This document shows positions 28,975-42,919 of a stretch of 64,000 bases of DNA, one piece after another. The stretch lies in NCBI GenBank assembly GCA_964106915.2, contig OZ066914.1. One strand, given 5' to 3'. The notes under the pieces are model-generated. The model saw only the letters and a list, made by a program, of their open reading frames with translations, did not search any database and was not told where the DNA came from. How positions within the stretch are numbered: the stretch's first letter is position 1; each line of letters opens with the position of its first letter. This DNA comes from Podarcis gaigeae. Lineage: Eukaryota. Position numbers and translations under genes: made by a program.

Positions 28975-29630
28975 TATGGCCTGCTGGAATAAAAATGGGT
29001 TCAGTAGGAGCCAATTGTTCAGTAGGGAGGGGCCTGCCTGACCTCAGCTGGAAGAGAGTTCCATAAAATTGGGTCCACAATACTAAATACATGGCTCCTG
29101 GTGGATATAAATTGTGCATCCAAGCTTTAAGGGACCACTAACAGTGATTCCCCCAAAGACCTTAGTGATCAGGCAGGGTTATAAGGAATTAGGTAGTCCT
29201 TGAAGTATGCTGGACCAAATTGTTAAGGGCCTTGTGAATTAATCTAAGAACCTTGACCCTGGTCAGGTAGAGCATTGCAGTTATGTGTTGCCAATAGTCT
29301 GTCCCTATTAGCAGTCTAGCCGCAGCATTTTGCAGCAGCTGGAGCCTCCGGACCAAACCCAAAGGGAGCCCCACACAGCACCCATTGCAACAATCAAGCC
29401 TTGAGGTTACCAATGCATGGAGCACCGTGGTCACACAATTCCAGTAGTTGAGAGTAGTTGACATACCAGCCATAGCTGGTAAAAGGCCACTGAGGCTACC
29501 TGAGCTTCTCGTGACAAAGCTGGATCCCAAACTCTGAGCCTGTTTTTTCAGAGGGAGTGTAATCCCATCCAGAACAGGCAACTGACCAATCTCTGGGATA
29601 TGAGAACCACCAACACACATTGCCTCCATT
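28975..29630 (-). mobile_element. L2 LINE ORF2 3' remnant
   Basis: ORF 29189..29629 contains HALVTSRLDCCN..VGLPL..VRRLQLLQNAAARLL, the L2 C-terminal motif. Confidence 0.85.
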
Positions 29631-30294
29631 TCCCCACTGATTTAAACAGGGAAGTGAAGCACATGCTTAATTATCTCCTACTTAAAGCGCAATCTCGTTG
29701 CTTAACTTTTAACTAAACCATGTCTGTAAATCCCAGTCTCGATGCTCTGTTGAACTAAGGATGAATACTATCAAAGGGAAAAGCTCTTCTTCAGATTAGT
29801 GTCTCTCTATCACTATGCTTCCTTCAAAGCTTTAGATATCTCATTTCAGTCCACTAATTCATCACTTGCTACTATGATGAGCCATAAGAGGAGAAAAACA
29901 ATTGTGGCCACCATTTTCATTCTTGCATTCTTCTCTTTAAATAGACTCAAGTTCAAATGTCTAATTATAACTTTGAAGAGTTAATGATCAATTCAACAAA
30001 GGCTTTAGAATGTCTTTGAAGCTGTAACAACAAGCCAAAGATGATGGAGAGGGAGTGTTAACTCCACAGGGAACTTACAGAGTAGGTTGTAAAGGTGAGA
30101 GGCTGGCTTATGTCTTCTAGTTAATAAAACTGTTGCTTTGACTTGATAACAATGCAACATACACAACACCAGCAAACATTATCTAGCTTTGAATACAGCT
30201 GATAGTTATTTCATTAATCAAGTGTAATCAATAAAATGGCACTAATGCAGTAAGTTATGTCTATGTTGCCTTGGTAGTTCACTTACACCAGGAG

Positions 30295-30384
30295 CATAGC
30301 TGTCAATGTTTTCCTTTTTTAAAGGGAAATTCCCTTATTTCGAATAGGATTCCTTGCAAGAAAAGGGGAAAGTTGACAGCTATG
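30295..30384. mobile_element. 90-bp hAT-type MITE
   Basis: TIR CATAGCTGTCAA / TTGACAGCTATG; perfect 8-bp TSD ACCAGGAG (30287-30294 / 30385-30392). Confidence 0.9.
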
Positions 30385-33300
30385 ACCAGGAGACAGATGC
30401 TGGTACTGGTGCTCTGTTGATGTGATATTGCCAACCATGGTATCCAATTGTCCTGGGCCACATGAAAAAGAGGAGCCCCGAAGCACTACTTTGCAGGGGC
30501 TCTTTTCTTGTCTGTCAGACCCCTCAAGGTGCTGCCGCTCATAGGATTAATCTTGTCCCTCGTGCTTTTTAACATTAATGTGAAACTTCTGGGAGATGCT
30601 GTTGAGAAATGCACCATTCAGCTCTTTTTCTCCTTGTCATGTAGCAATTTTCCAGTTTACACAAAGGAAGGGCTGAATTTTCTTTTATGAGTAAGGTCAC
30701 TCCAATGTTAAACCACTTGTGTGTTGTTACAACCAGTTCCACCAGCTAGAAATGTGGCTAGGCATTCTCTCAAAGTTAAGTCACCAAGAACCCCCAAACC
30801 AAATTATTTGTCTACCTTATCTTAAATAAATAGCCATTTGTCAAAGGAAACATAAAAAAGAGCCAACGCAGCTGAGTTCTTTTAGTTTTTGTCCTGGCAG
30901 TGTTGTGCTGAAACCCGTCCCCTAATTTCCTGAAATTTTTCTTCCGCTACAAAATATTCTTTTATTTTTCTGCCATATTCATAGGGCACACTAGAATTTC
31001 ATTGGGTTGTATCTAACATTAGTCATGCTCAGAGTAAACCACCTGAAATTGATGGACTGAAGTTAGTCATGTCCATTAACTGCAAAAGGTCCACTCTGAG
31101 TATGACTGACATTGGTTACAACCCTTGAAATTTTTGGTAGGTGTGGAGTTGAGCTTACTTTATTGTTGTGGATTTGTACTTTTGTTTTTGTATTTGATTT
31201 TTTCCCCCTGTTAAGCATTTCTGCAGACTCCCCAACTGATTTTGCTCCCTATACCATCACTCTCCTTGCCATTAATAAAATATTTGCACACTAGTTTCTT
31301 TAAAAGTAATATTTATGTGCCAAATATGCATGGTGGCCGATCACAGAAGCAACAATTTGTGATAAGAGAATCATTGTACTATTCCTAAGTAATTAACACC
31401 TATGATGGTATCAGAAGCCATTGCTTCTGTTATCTACACCCACATTTATCTGCATACATAACTAGCTTATCAACCACCAATAGACTATTACTCACCCCAA
31501 GGGTATAGCAACTGTAATTGCAAAACTGGATTATAGAGCCGATTTTGGAAAAGCAAATTCTTTTTCCACAAATCACAAAGTGCCCCCTCCTTCAAAGCAA
31601 TCTCATAAATCAAAAGACCGTTGCAAATATAATAGATTCCTTCATCAACTTAAAACAGAATGTTTATTTTTACACACATGATTTTTAGACTCTGTTACCT
31701 TGAAGCAATGGCTGTTTAAAAAGTGGTTTTTATAGAAAGGGAGAGAAAATATATGCTCATCGGTCTAGACATACACATCGCAGACTAATAGAAATAAGTG
31801 CATCTTTCATAAGATTTATTTTTATAAACAAGGGCTAGACCACCAGTTACATTCAATAAGTATGTTTTCATGTTTCAGCATTCTTGTTAACCGCAGTTCC
31901 CCTCTCCCCAGCTCTTCCTTTGATCCTACTTCACTGTGCACATCAATCACCTCCCCCAAAGGAGAATATATATATATATATATACATGGACAGTTCAGCC
32001 GACCAACTGTGCAAGGAACACATTGCCAAACCAATCTTCTTCATGGATAAAAAGAGAGCCCAGAGGAGAACTTTGCATACACATCACCTAGATGAGGCAC
32101 GTACGGATACATAAACATCAATGACACAAGGTTTAATTTACTGAAAGAAAGGGGAGAAGAAGCACAAGACTGAAGACATGTGGAGATCTTAGAAGCATCT
32201 AAGTGATCCATGTGTTCTGCTTTTTTAAAAAAAATGTATTACCATAAAAAGGGAAATACACACACATCACTATGACCATCTTCAATCAAGGTATAGGTAA
32301 AAGTGCAAACACTTAAAGAGAAACAGAAGTACTGAGTAAAGGATGATGACCTGATTATGGAATACAGCTGGTGTGAAGGTTAACCCAATAACTCCTTCCA
32401 GAAGACATGAGGAATATGTGTAGATGTGTTTGAGATACCATAGTTCACACTGGCACATCAGAAGCTACCTCAAAATCCAGACTATTGGTGCAGCTACTGT
32501 ACTTCAGTATTACTGGCAGAAGTCTCCAGAGTATGAGACAGGGGTCTTTCACAGCCTACCTGGAGATTGAAAGTCAGACCTTTTGTAATCAAAGCTTGAG
32601 CTATACCTCTTTTTAATACCAAAGTTTGACAGTGAGTTGGTATCACTGCAGCTATCACAACTGTTTAGCTCTGACAAATACTTATTCCCATGGTTCAAGA
32701 TATCAAAACTAAGAGCACTGGACTGCACAAGGTTCATCTTATATATTTTGGAAAACTCTGTCCTGCTGCAAAGAAACAAAAAGCAGAAATTAAATGACAG
32801 AAGTTCTCCATTGTCAGTCCTCTTCGAGATGTCGCCCGGTCCAGAGTTGCACTCTTGACAGCTGATTCCTGCACAGCATATTTCCCTCTTTCCAAAAATG
32901 GACTTATTGCTAATGATTACCTCATCTTAATATGTAAGTTCAAAAGAGAATGGATTCAGCGCTTCTGATATTATTAAACCAGCAAAACAGACACACACAA
33001 AACACCAGCAGCAGCTTGTACTGCACTACTACGGTCATTTTAAAATATCAAAAGATTTGCCTATTATAGGTGATTTGGAAACCTGTTTACGCTGAAACAC
33101 GGCTGACAAACAGAAAACGTGACCTTTTATTCTGTTAAAAACAGTACTTAGGAGAGAGAGAGAAAACAGAAGCTTGCGTGGAAATATAAATGATGAAAAG
33201 TAAAATAAAAAGTGCATTTCCCATTATCCCAGGCATTGTGATTTACTGAGTGATTTGCTCACCCACAGCTTTTTATTTTAGTATTTGAGGGGGGAAAACA

Positions 33301-33647
33301 CATCCAGAGGTTTATTACCCTTTACAGAGATATAATGAGAGATCTTTTCTCCAGGAGGAAAGCCTGCTGGCAAGGACACCAGCTGCATTGGTGCCCAACC
33401 CCCAGGGCAGAGGGACAGCCATCACACAGATGGGAAATGGCTGGGAAGAAAACAGGAAGAAAGCCCTGAAATAAGAGAGCCTCTACCTACCGTATCAAAG
33501 CTCAAGTCTGGAACCCAGATGCTGCAATCTGAACATGGTGGCATCATTGTTAAATATCTGATGCTAAGTGACGGATAGCATTATATTATGTAAAAGCTCA
33601 GTATCTTAACGGTCCTGCAGTGACTCAAAAAACCAAGAGCCTAAAAT

Positions 33648-33649
<2 letters not shown>

Positions 33650-33680
<31 letters not shown>
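33650..33680. repeat. (CA)n microsatellite
   Basis: Directly visible. Confidence 0.95.
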
Positions 33681-33682
<2 letters not shown>

Positions 33683-33854
33683 TAACCAACAGCATTTTGA
33701 GCTTTTTACCTGTAATGGTTTACTTGTCTAAACACGAACGTGTGACTTAATCATATTAGTAATATTTTCCTGACCAGCTTCATTTTTTAAAGAACATATT
33801 TGGTTATTAGCTAAGCAGTAGATGAAGTGGAGAAAGCTTACAGTATCAAGTCTG

Positions 33855-33863
33855 TCATCATCA

Positions 33864-33907
<44 letters not shown>

Positions 33908-33912
33908 GTTAT
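33855..33912. repeat. (TCA)n(TTA)n microsatellite
   Basis: Directly visible; source of the poly-N ORF 33728..33916. Confidence 0.95.
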
Positions 33913-36900
33913 TCATATGCCCTTAATATCCAGATTTACTGAGATCCATTAATATTGTAATCTTATCAATTTATTCACTTATGTATTTTTGTGTATGTAT
34001 ATGTGTTTGTATGTTTATGCACATGCACACTTTCTGTCTGTCTTTGGGTGTACCCAACATAGGGCTCCTAGCAGTAGCTGTTTTTTGAGAACCTGGAGCA
34101 CTTTGGAAGACAGGCTGTTGCTTGCTATGTGTGTATTCAAACCAATGTCATATCTGATAAACAAATGTCACAGGGTTTAGGTCTTTTGTCCTGTTTCTAA
34201 AAAATATTGACAAGGAAGGAGAGGAGACTATTCTTACAGGTGCTCTGCAGCTTTTATTTATTTCATTTTCTTACATTTTCATCCTGCTTTTCCACCAAAC
34301 GGTGCTCAGGTTAGTTAATAGCAACAGTAAAGATACAATAAAATATTGAAAGGATAGCAAAGGAGTAAAAACATTGTTGTTCTTTTACAAAGTTAAGATA
34401 ACCTTTAAAAACAAGGCAAATTAACATTGACTTTAACTGGTTGTTTTTACTGATTTTACCAATGACAACATATTTAGAAATCAGCTAAAGGACCTGACTA
34501 TATGTTTTGAGGAACATTCTGGAAAAACGAAAAGCTCATTTTTCAGTGTTTCTGTTCAGAAATGAGACTTGGGCTCTAAATCCTAAAGGATGCTGTGGAA
34601 TTAGCATTCTGGAGATGAAATGAGCCCTGCTAACCACAGAAGTGTACTGTGGCAGTGCTTGAAGGTAGCTGATCCAAAGGCCCCCTTTCCCCCTGACACA
34701 TCCCTAAGAAATCCACAAAAATCTACACCAGCCCCCAAACTGGCACAGAGCTTCCTGCCCTTCCCCATACACTAATATAAATGGGAAAGAAAGAGTACAT
34801 ATAGAAAAAGCAAGAAGGGGGCGGGGAGAAAGCGCTTCCCCACCACCTCCGCTGTCTGTGCCCCAGCAGAGTCGGGCCACCAGGGCTTAAGAGTGGCAGC
34901 TCCTCTGCTATGGATTCTCCCCACCAGCCTCTTAGGATTGCTCAGTTTGCAGAGCTTTGTATTCACAAGCAGCTAAAGAGAGCAAGAAATGCAAATTGCA
35001 GAGCTAGCGGTTGATTGTAGAACCACCGCTAATGGGGATGTGGCCAATGAGCAGACACAGTGGGGCAGCCATGTTGTTCTGGTTCAGCTGGGAGGGGGAA
35101 GAGACTGAAACCCTGGGAAGCCATGGTCCGTCAGCGAAGCCAACACTGAGGTAGACGGATCAATGGTCTGACTTGGTCTAAGATGGCTTCCTCAAAGATC
35201 AGAAGAAGACCATGGAGACATTTTCCTCTATGCTTAGGTCAGGTTTGCACCATTCCTGATCCACCAGGTCAGATGTTGGTCATTAGATATGTGCAGCACT
35301 CCACAAAATAACTCAATAAATCTCATGCTCAGGACTCCCAAAACAGGACTGTAGGTAAGTACCTCACAAATCAGAGTGTGTGGCTCTTAGAAATAATTCA
35401 GTGTGGTGGTCTCAAGTTGTTCAGCCCTCATTTAGTCTCTCAAATGTTTATATTCAGCTCAATCCCCAGCATCTGCAGCATGCCATGCCTTGCATCAGAC
35501 AATGAGGTTGGGCAGGCAGATTGCATTCTAAAGCAACTCTGACTGCTGATTATAAACTTGCATTCCTTCTTTCTTGGTAGTTGCATTGCCTAATTCAGTG
35601 TTCCTTTCCCCTGAAAGATTATTTCAGTAATATTTACACCTTAATTCATTTCCCCCTCCCAACCCAGCATACGACTTTTCTCAGTTTAACACTAATTGGA
35701 GCTACCTCAGAATGCACATTCCACATGTTTCTGTTGACAGCCGCTAGACTCCAATGTCTAGTCTGCCATATAAGGGGGGATTTAGGCCATGAACGGAGTA
35801 GAAGCCAACAAAATGAAGAATTACATAGCTTTGCATTCTTGCAAGTATTTACTTTTAAAAAATGCCTCAGTCTCCGGGACTTCATTCAAAATCTTCCAGT
35901 GTTTGTGCTTACACAATAATAATAATAATCCACAAAGTATGTAGAAACACCTCACAATAACTTACAGTATTTATATTTATGTATTTGTTACATTTTGAAA
36001 TTGCCCTTCTTCCTGTCGGAACTCAGAGCGACAAATGTGTAAAATATGTGAAATTGGAATGCGGTTGCTTTTAACACCCAAATCACAGTGGAAAGGAAAA
36101 TGGATTTCTAACATGTGCAAGGCCCACTCAGCTTAGCTTGAGTATCTTGCAAGTATCATATTTAAGCTTTTTTGATAAATGTGTATAGCTCATTTATTCA
36201 GTGAAGTCATCATGTACTTATTACTCCACTAAGTGCTACAATTTTCCCGATCACCGCTAACACAGAGTGGTCATAGATGACTGTGCACCAACACGGTCGC
36301 CATGGCCGGGGCAGGGGCAAGTACACCAAAGATCTGTATGTCTGCAGCATCAAGCCACACCATGATATTTGCCAGATGCCTGCCACACAATTTGCTGGTT
36401 TGCTGCAGGTACATAGTAAAATCCACCACATCATTTGGGTTGGATGCTATATAGATAAACATTTCCCAATTGCTCTGTAGTTAGATTACAAGTGGTAAAT
36501 TAGGAAGCTCTTGAAGTTTGCTGATTTGTGTGGTGTTGTTTTAGAATATTAGACTCTTTAGGACTAAGTTTATTTCCTTGTTATTGTAATTTAATGGTAC
36601 AGTTTTATTGTTTTGCTTGTAGGCTGCTTTGAGGGTCTTCGGTGGGGGAGCAGGAAATATATGTAAATATTGAAAATGCTATTTCAGATCCCATCGTTAG
36701 TGTGCATTGTTCTGTATTTGTTGAAAGACACACAACATTGAGCATAATAGGGAGTTTGATTTTCATGGAAGTTACGCTGTGATGACTATTGGACTGATAG
36801 ACGTATACATGGTTTATTATAAGAATATAACAGTAGGCAAAGACTGAAATGCCCTGAACAATTCACAAGCCTGGCTTTAGCACAAAGCATAGCATAACAG

Positions 36901-39237
36901 CATAGCATAGCATAGGTGCAAATATTTAAGACAAATTTTGGTGCCTTCCCCCCAGTGCGCATGGCAGCGAGAGGCATCACAACCACTGGGAGAGCACCAT
37001 TGCCGCTCCAGAGGTATTAGACTTCAGCTGCCATCAGCCCTGCCAGCATGCTAAAGCTCAGGGATAATAGGTTTAATCCAGAAACATCTGAAGGGCCACA
37101 GGTTCACCCCATTCTGAACTCTTATTTGCTTGCTCCATCTTAAACCACACAAGGCAGTAGCTCAGGGTGACGACAGGAAAATAAGAATCTGCCTTAACCC
37201 AAATCAGACTACTGCTCATCTAGCCCAGTCTACTCTGCCTGGCAAAGGTCGCAGACAGGATTTCCCACCATCAGCTCCTATCTTATTTTTGTTACTAGAG
37301 AGGCCGGGAAGTGAACCTAAGACCTGCTGCATGCAAAGTATGCACTCTTGTCTCTGATCTATGGTACCTCTCCTACCTGCCCAATGAACATACTTGCTGT
37401 TCTGGGCTGCAGCTGTCCTACCCTGCACAATATGAGCATTCTGTAAACGTTAAACAAACAAACAAAATCCCAAGGACAACAAACTGCAGTGCCTGGTTTA
37501 TCTATAAGTGCATAGCAAAAGATAATTTGTTTTTTAACCAGCTGAGTTCTAAAGAATACCCACCTCACAGCTAAGAAAATGACAGACCTAGCTAATATAT
37601 AATTGTTAGCAATCCTGGGCTAATATTCAGTTATTGTTTTAAGGTTGCAGTGAGACCTTCCTTTCCTATGTCACATTGATTCCTTTTTGAACTAAGAGCA
37701 ATTAGTTCGAAATTGTGCATCCATACAATACAAAAAAATAACAAATAATAAGCATTGAATAAGGTGCATATAATTTCCACTTTATATTTTCAGTTCACAA
37801 ATATTTCCTATGTATTAATAATAAAAGTGCTTAGCTTTGGTTAGAAAAAGCTCTTGAAATTCCACTGCTTTCAACAGCAATGCTAAGCAAATATTTCTCA
37901 CTGGAACAAAAAGGAACCTGAAAATTATCTCTGGATGGACCATGCCAAAACTAAAAGAAATGACTTCAGGTAATTAAGGGAAGAGCCTCAAAGTTATCTC
38001 CATAAATGCAAGTTCCTGAACCCATATTTCCGGAGATAATGCGAAGGTAGAAGGAAGGGGTGCTTACAGATTTTTCCCTTGAAAATCTCCCCTTCCCCCA
38101 CCAGCTGGTTGGGAGCCCAGCTGGGGAAGAAATTAATTTAAAGCAGCAAGGGAGGGCAATTGCAGAGGGGAAATGGTGAATGGGGAAGGATTAAGGACCC
38201 CCTCCCTCCAGGTATCTCCTTGCCCTGCATTTATCTTACAAAGGAAACACTGGGCTGGGGACTTCAAATTTCCCTTGTAACATCTATTCCTCCCCCCCCC
38301 CCCCAAAAAGCCTGCATTATTTTCTGTCCTTCCTCCAAACGTTTTAGGAAGCCCAACAACTTAATTCTATCCTTTCCCTCCCCCCCCCCCAAATAAAACT
38401 CAGTACCTGCATGTTGTAAATTAAAAGTTTATTTCAATATATTTATTTCACAGTCCTTTTTTCAAATTACTCATCAGTATTCACTGCAGTTATTCAATTA
38501 CGCCACACCTGCAATTTCAGGCTCTCTTTCCACACCAAGGGCCACTTAAAGCAATTCAATAGCTACCAGCTAGTGACAGCTGGCAAACCCAAACCTGCCT
38601 CCGGTAGTCTATCATATGCAATCAATTGCAAACAGAGCATCAGCAGGCTCATCTCATTATTTCCTGGATAATTCCCCCAGGGAAAACAAAAATCAGCCCT
38701 CCACTTCGAGTCAGGATGCTGTAATACCCGCCCCAACCCCTCAATTCCTTTCTCCTCTCCTTTCCATCAGTTCACTACGCTGCTTTGGCTTTTAAGCTTG
38801 ATATCCGTTATGTTATGTCAGCTGTTACATTACGCTTAAGACAATAGACTCCAGCTGGCTGAGGTCAGATGTAAAAACAAGGACCTAACAAAGCCATGGG
38901 CCCTCCAGTTATATTGAAATTGAGATACATACTGAATGTAGCACTTAATGACAAACTACTTCCCAGACTTTTGGACAAGACATAAAGGAAACACCTGTCA
39001 CTGCAAGTGTAACATGCTAATCCTGATAAGTTTAAAAATCCTTCTCAGTGTTCAATTCTGCTGTATGCCAGGGTTTAACAGGCTTAAGTTTCCTCTCCCC
39101 ATCTCAAGAACAGAAAAATTTTCCTCTCCTCTGCTTATTATATATAGTAGGATTGTAAGTCTAAAATCATTTCTGCATAGCAAAACTACTCTCATCCAGA
39201 TGCTCTGCGCGAAGTGAGATTTACGGTTCTAAACCTG

Positions 39238-39405
39238 GTTACAGATAGGTAGCCGTGTTGGTCTGCCATAGTCAAAACAAAAAAAAATTCCTTCCAGTAG
39301 CACCTTAAAGACCAACTAAGTCAGTTCTTGGTATGAGCTTTCGTGTGCATGCACACTTCATGCACACGAAAGTTCATACCAAGAACTGACTTAGTTGGTC
39401 TTTAA
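39238..39405 (-). mobile_element. Penelope-like element (PLE) terminal fragment with inverted duplication
   Basis: Minus strand reads 'gtgtgcatgcacacgaaagctcatacc..gttggtctttaaggtgctac..cagaccaacacggctac', resembling reptile Penelope pLTR ends; 50-bp inverted repeat; flanked by 13-bp direct repeat GGTTCTAAACCTG (39225-39237 / 39406-39418). Confidence 0.75.
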
Positions 39406-39793
39406 GGTTCTAAACCTGTAACTACAATCGGTCATAAAGTTCATCTAGTATTTTACGTCTGACGGTATTTCCAGAAAAAGCAAATGTATGTGGATTTCAG
39501 AGTTCCAATTTTTTAAAAGGCTTTACAACAATTCCCTAAAACTGTGTTTTCCTTCCAGGCTGTGTTTTCTCTTAACTCACATAGTAGCCATGGATTAACA
39601 AGACTCCATTAAACGGTGAGTGTGTGAGAGGAAAGATATCTATAATCAGCTGATGCCACATGGAAATATATGTTCATTGTTACTTCCACGGCAAAACTCT
39701 CTCTCAAAAGCTCTGAGTTCTTAAAAATCAGACTTTAATTCCCTGTAAAGAGCTCTGATATATCTTCCAGAATGCGCAATTGATATACCAAAG

Positions 39794-39808
39794 ATGATGA
39801 TGATGATG

Positions 39809-39853
<45 letters not shown>
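39794..39853. repeat. (GAT)n(AAT)n microsatellite
   Basis: Directly visible. Confidence 0.95.
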
Positions 39854-39856
<3 letters not shown>

Positions 39857-42180
39857 TATTTATTCATTTATTAATCGTTTCACATATAATATATTGGAAG
39901 CAATTTGACAGTTTAAAAAATAACACACACAACCCCCCCAAAAATGTTACACAATTTCATATATAAAGACAATTATAACTTCTTCTTTTAAAAAAGCTCC
40001 AACTTGGCATTTAAAAACAACTTCAAACCCAACACAGATAGAGTGGGATAAAGAGGTCGACTTTAAAAGGTTTCTTGAAACTAGAAAAGAGTTTTCAACA
40101 AGTAGCAATGGAAAAAGCTGCTCTTGCAAACTAGCACCTCAATAGGTACCATTTAAGATGTACCCAGTTTCAACTCCGTTATCCTCCCTCCTCAAAACCA
40201 ACAACTGTTCTTCCAGCTGAAAACTGGCCATGTTCCCCACCCCCATCCCAGCAGCAGATAACCTCCTCCACCCATTCAGCCTCCATCCTCTAAACTGAGC
40301 TTGCCAACAATGGTTTTTGTAACACAGATGCTCCACTTCAGTCATTATACTGAGATCACTATGTCATATCACGTTGGCCATGAGAAGCAGCCTGCCAATG
40401 GCAAGAACAATTTACCCCTATTGGTCTGTGCTGGATTGCAATCTGTCACATCCAAAAGTTCTGGCCAGAGCCCTTCCTTACAGGGTCAGGACCACGTGAA
40501 TTAAGGGTGTCTCTTCACTGAATTCACATTTTCTGTTTTTTCTTCTTCAACAAGAACATGAAAGGCCAGGTAATAAACAAGTAACAAGTGCAACGTAGTT
40601 TGCTACTTTTATTAATGGAAATGACAATTGAGACATAACGTTTGTTTTGCTTTTTAAAAATCAATCTGAAATATGTTGTTTACTCATTTTATTCCATTTT
40701 AATCCTGCATCCTGATTTCATGGAGCTCAGGGCCACATACACAGATCTTCCTCACCTCCAGTTTGATCCTAATAGTAACCCTTTGAGGTAGGCTACGCTA
40801 ACAGAGGTGCGCAGTAAAGGTATGAACCTGAATTTGATCCTCAGCTGACACTCTAACCACTGTACCACAATGACCCCTCTTAATGTATGACTGCTTTTTT
40901 ATGGGGACGGCTTTCATTGCATTGCATTGCAGTGCACTGCCTAACAATACAAGGCTTATTTTTCCCACTGAAAAGCTTAGAGCAGAATTACAGTTATGAG
41001 GGAATGGATGAAAGGACACTGTAGGAGACATAAAAACACTCGGAATATTATTTTTATAGAGGTACAAATCTTGTCTCCCTATACCTGATCTCCCCCTGCC
41101 TGTCTTACCAGGGCACTATAAAATTCATGAACTCAGTTACATATGCTGTGGGGGATTATACAAGAATTATATTCATTAACAATTAGCTCTGACCCTTATT
41201 TCCCCCCCCCCCCGTTCTTTGTTTACTTTAAAATATATATCTCACGTACTATTTGAAAAAAATATTTTTCATGATTACATGATGGCAGAATTAACCGTTT
41301 AACCATTAACGCACCCTCAGTTGCAGTTGCCTCACAAGACGGCTTAACACTGCCCCCTGTAGATTTTGCAAAGGAAATCTTTCCCTTCTGTGCCAATTCA
41401 TAGTTGAAAGATAGCAGCGATGTTCTTCCCTTCAATATTCTGGCCTCATTTTACACTCTCTTTCCAGAGCAGTATGGCCTGAGACCTTTTTTGTATTTGC
41501 CCAGGTACCATGCTTGCAGTATTATCTCCCTTTTAAAAGCAGACATGCAATAGTGAGGCCTCCACCCACATTTTAAGCTAAGATAGGGGTGGTAATAATA
41601 CACACGGTTGCAGTTCACAGTCCACGTGCCACTTGCGTATTTTGTGTTCAGGTGTTCACATTAAAATACAAAAAAGCCCGTAGAAACTGGCCGTAGTGTA
41701 TTTGGATTAGGCTCTTGAGGCAAAATAATTTCAGACCTTGCATTCACCCTCATTGTTTCTCACACTGAAGAGAAGAGGGCTACAGCTGGGGCAGCAATAT
41801 TCTTAGATACCCATTTAAAATCTCTAGAAGTGGTGTGTATATTATGTGCGTTCTCATCCTCCTCTCATGCAAACCATTAAAAGCACAGGTTTTGCTGGCC
41901 AGTGTGTGAAAATAGGTGCAAATGTTATACAATATGCAACTCTGTTTCAGAACAACAATAACAATAAAAAACCCAAGTGAACTATTTATCCGTTTTTCAA
42001 GTTTCATCATCCTTGGGTGTATCTTGGAGACAACAGTACAACTTCTTAGAGCAGTACAACTTCTGGTGAGATGGAGGGGAGGATTACATTTTTAAAAAAT
42101 CATGAAAAACAAACCTTGCTTGTAGAAAACTAGTACATCAGGGTGGGGTAGGAGTGTTCTAACCTACATTCGCCCTTATA

Positions 42181-42422
42181 CAGTGGTACCTCGGGTAACA
42201 TACACTTCAGGTTACATACACTTCAGGTTACAGACTCTGCTAACCCGGAAATAGTGCTTCAGGTTAAGAACTTCGCTTCAGGATGAGAACAGAAATCGTG
42301 CTCCGGTGGCGCAGCGGCAGTGGGAAGCCCCATTAGCTAAAGTGGTACTTCAGGCTAAGAACAGTTTCAGGTTAAGTACAGACCTCGGGAACAAATTAAG
42401 TACTTAACCCGAGGTACCACTG
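42181..42422 (+). mobile_element. Tc1/mariner (Tigger-like) MITE, family B
   Basis: TIR CAGTGGTACCTCGGG / CCCGAGGTACCACTG; TA TSD; near-identical to 47606-47847. Confidence 0.9.
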
Positions 42423-42919
42423 TATACTAGTTTACTAGTTGAAGGGAGGCTTTTTTTTTCATGAGTGAGCATTCAAGATTGTGACATACACCTGAAATCT
42501 AAAGTACTACAATTCCAGAAGAACTCTATCTCATGATTTTTCTACATGCTCAGAGTAGCCCTTGGTGAATAATGCCAATATTAGGAGTGAAATGCCCATT
42601 TTTCAGGTTCCTGAAAACGAAACACCTTCATTCAAGCCTTCAAATAAGCACATTTATTTACAAATACAATTTACAATGCAATCCTAAACATGCCTACTCA
42701 TCAGTAAGTCCCATTGAGTTCAACAGCACCAGCTGCCAGGAAAATGGGCATAAGATTGCAGCTTTAGTCAACTAACAAGTTAATTAACAGACAGCTAATT
42801 GATTAAGACATCATATGTAAGTTATAGAAATGTCACAATAAATATCAGCACACTTGGCAGCAGAGAAAGAAGCTCACTGCTATTACTTAGGCATTTTGCC
42901 AAGATGGGATGGAGAAAGC

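Noticed and set aside
33728-33916. Poly-Asn ORF (and similar poly-N, poly-L and CV-repeat ORFs at 43070-43642)
   Set aside because: Translations of (AAT)n and (GT)n microsatellites.
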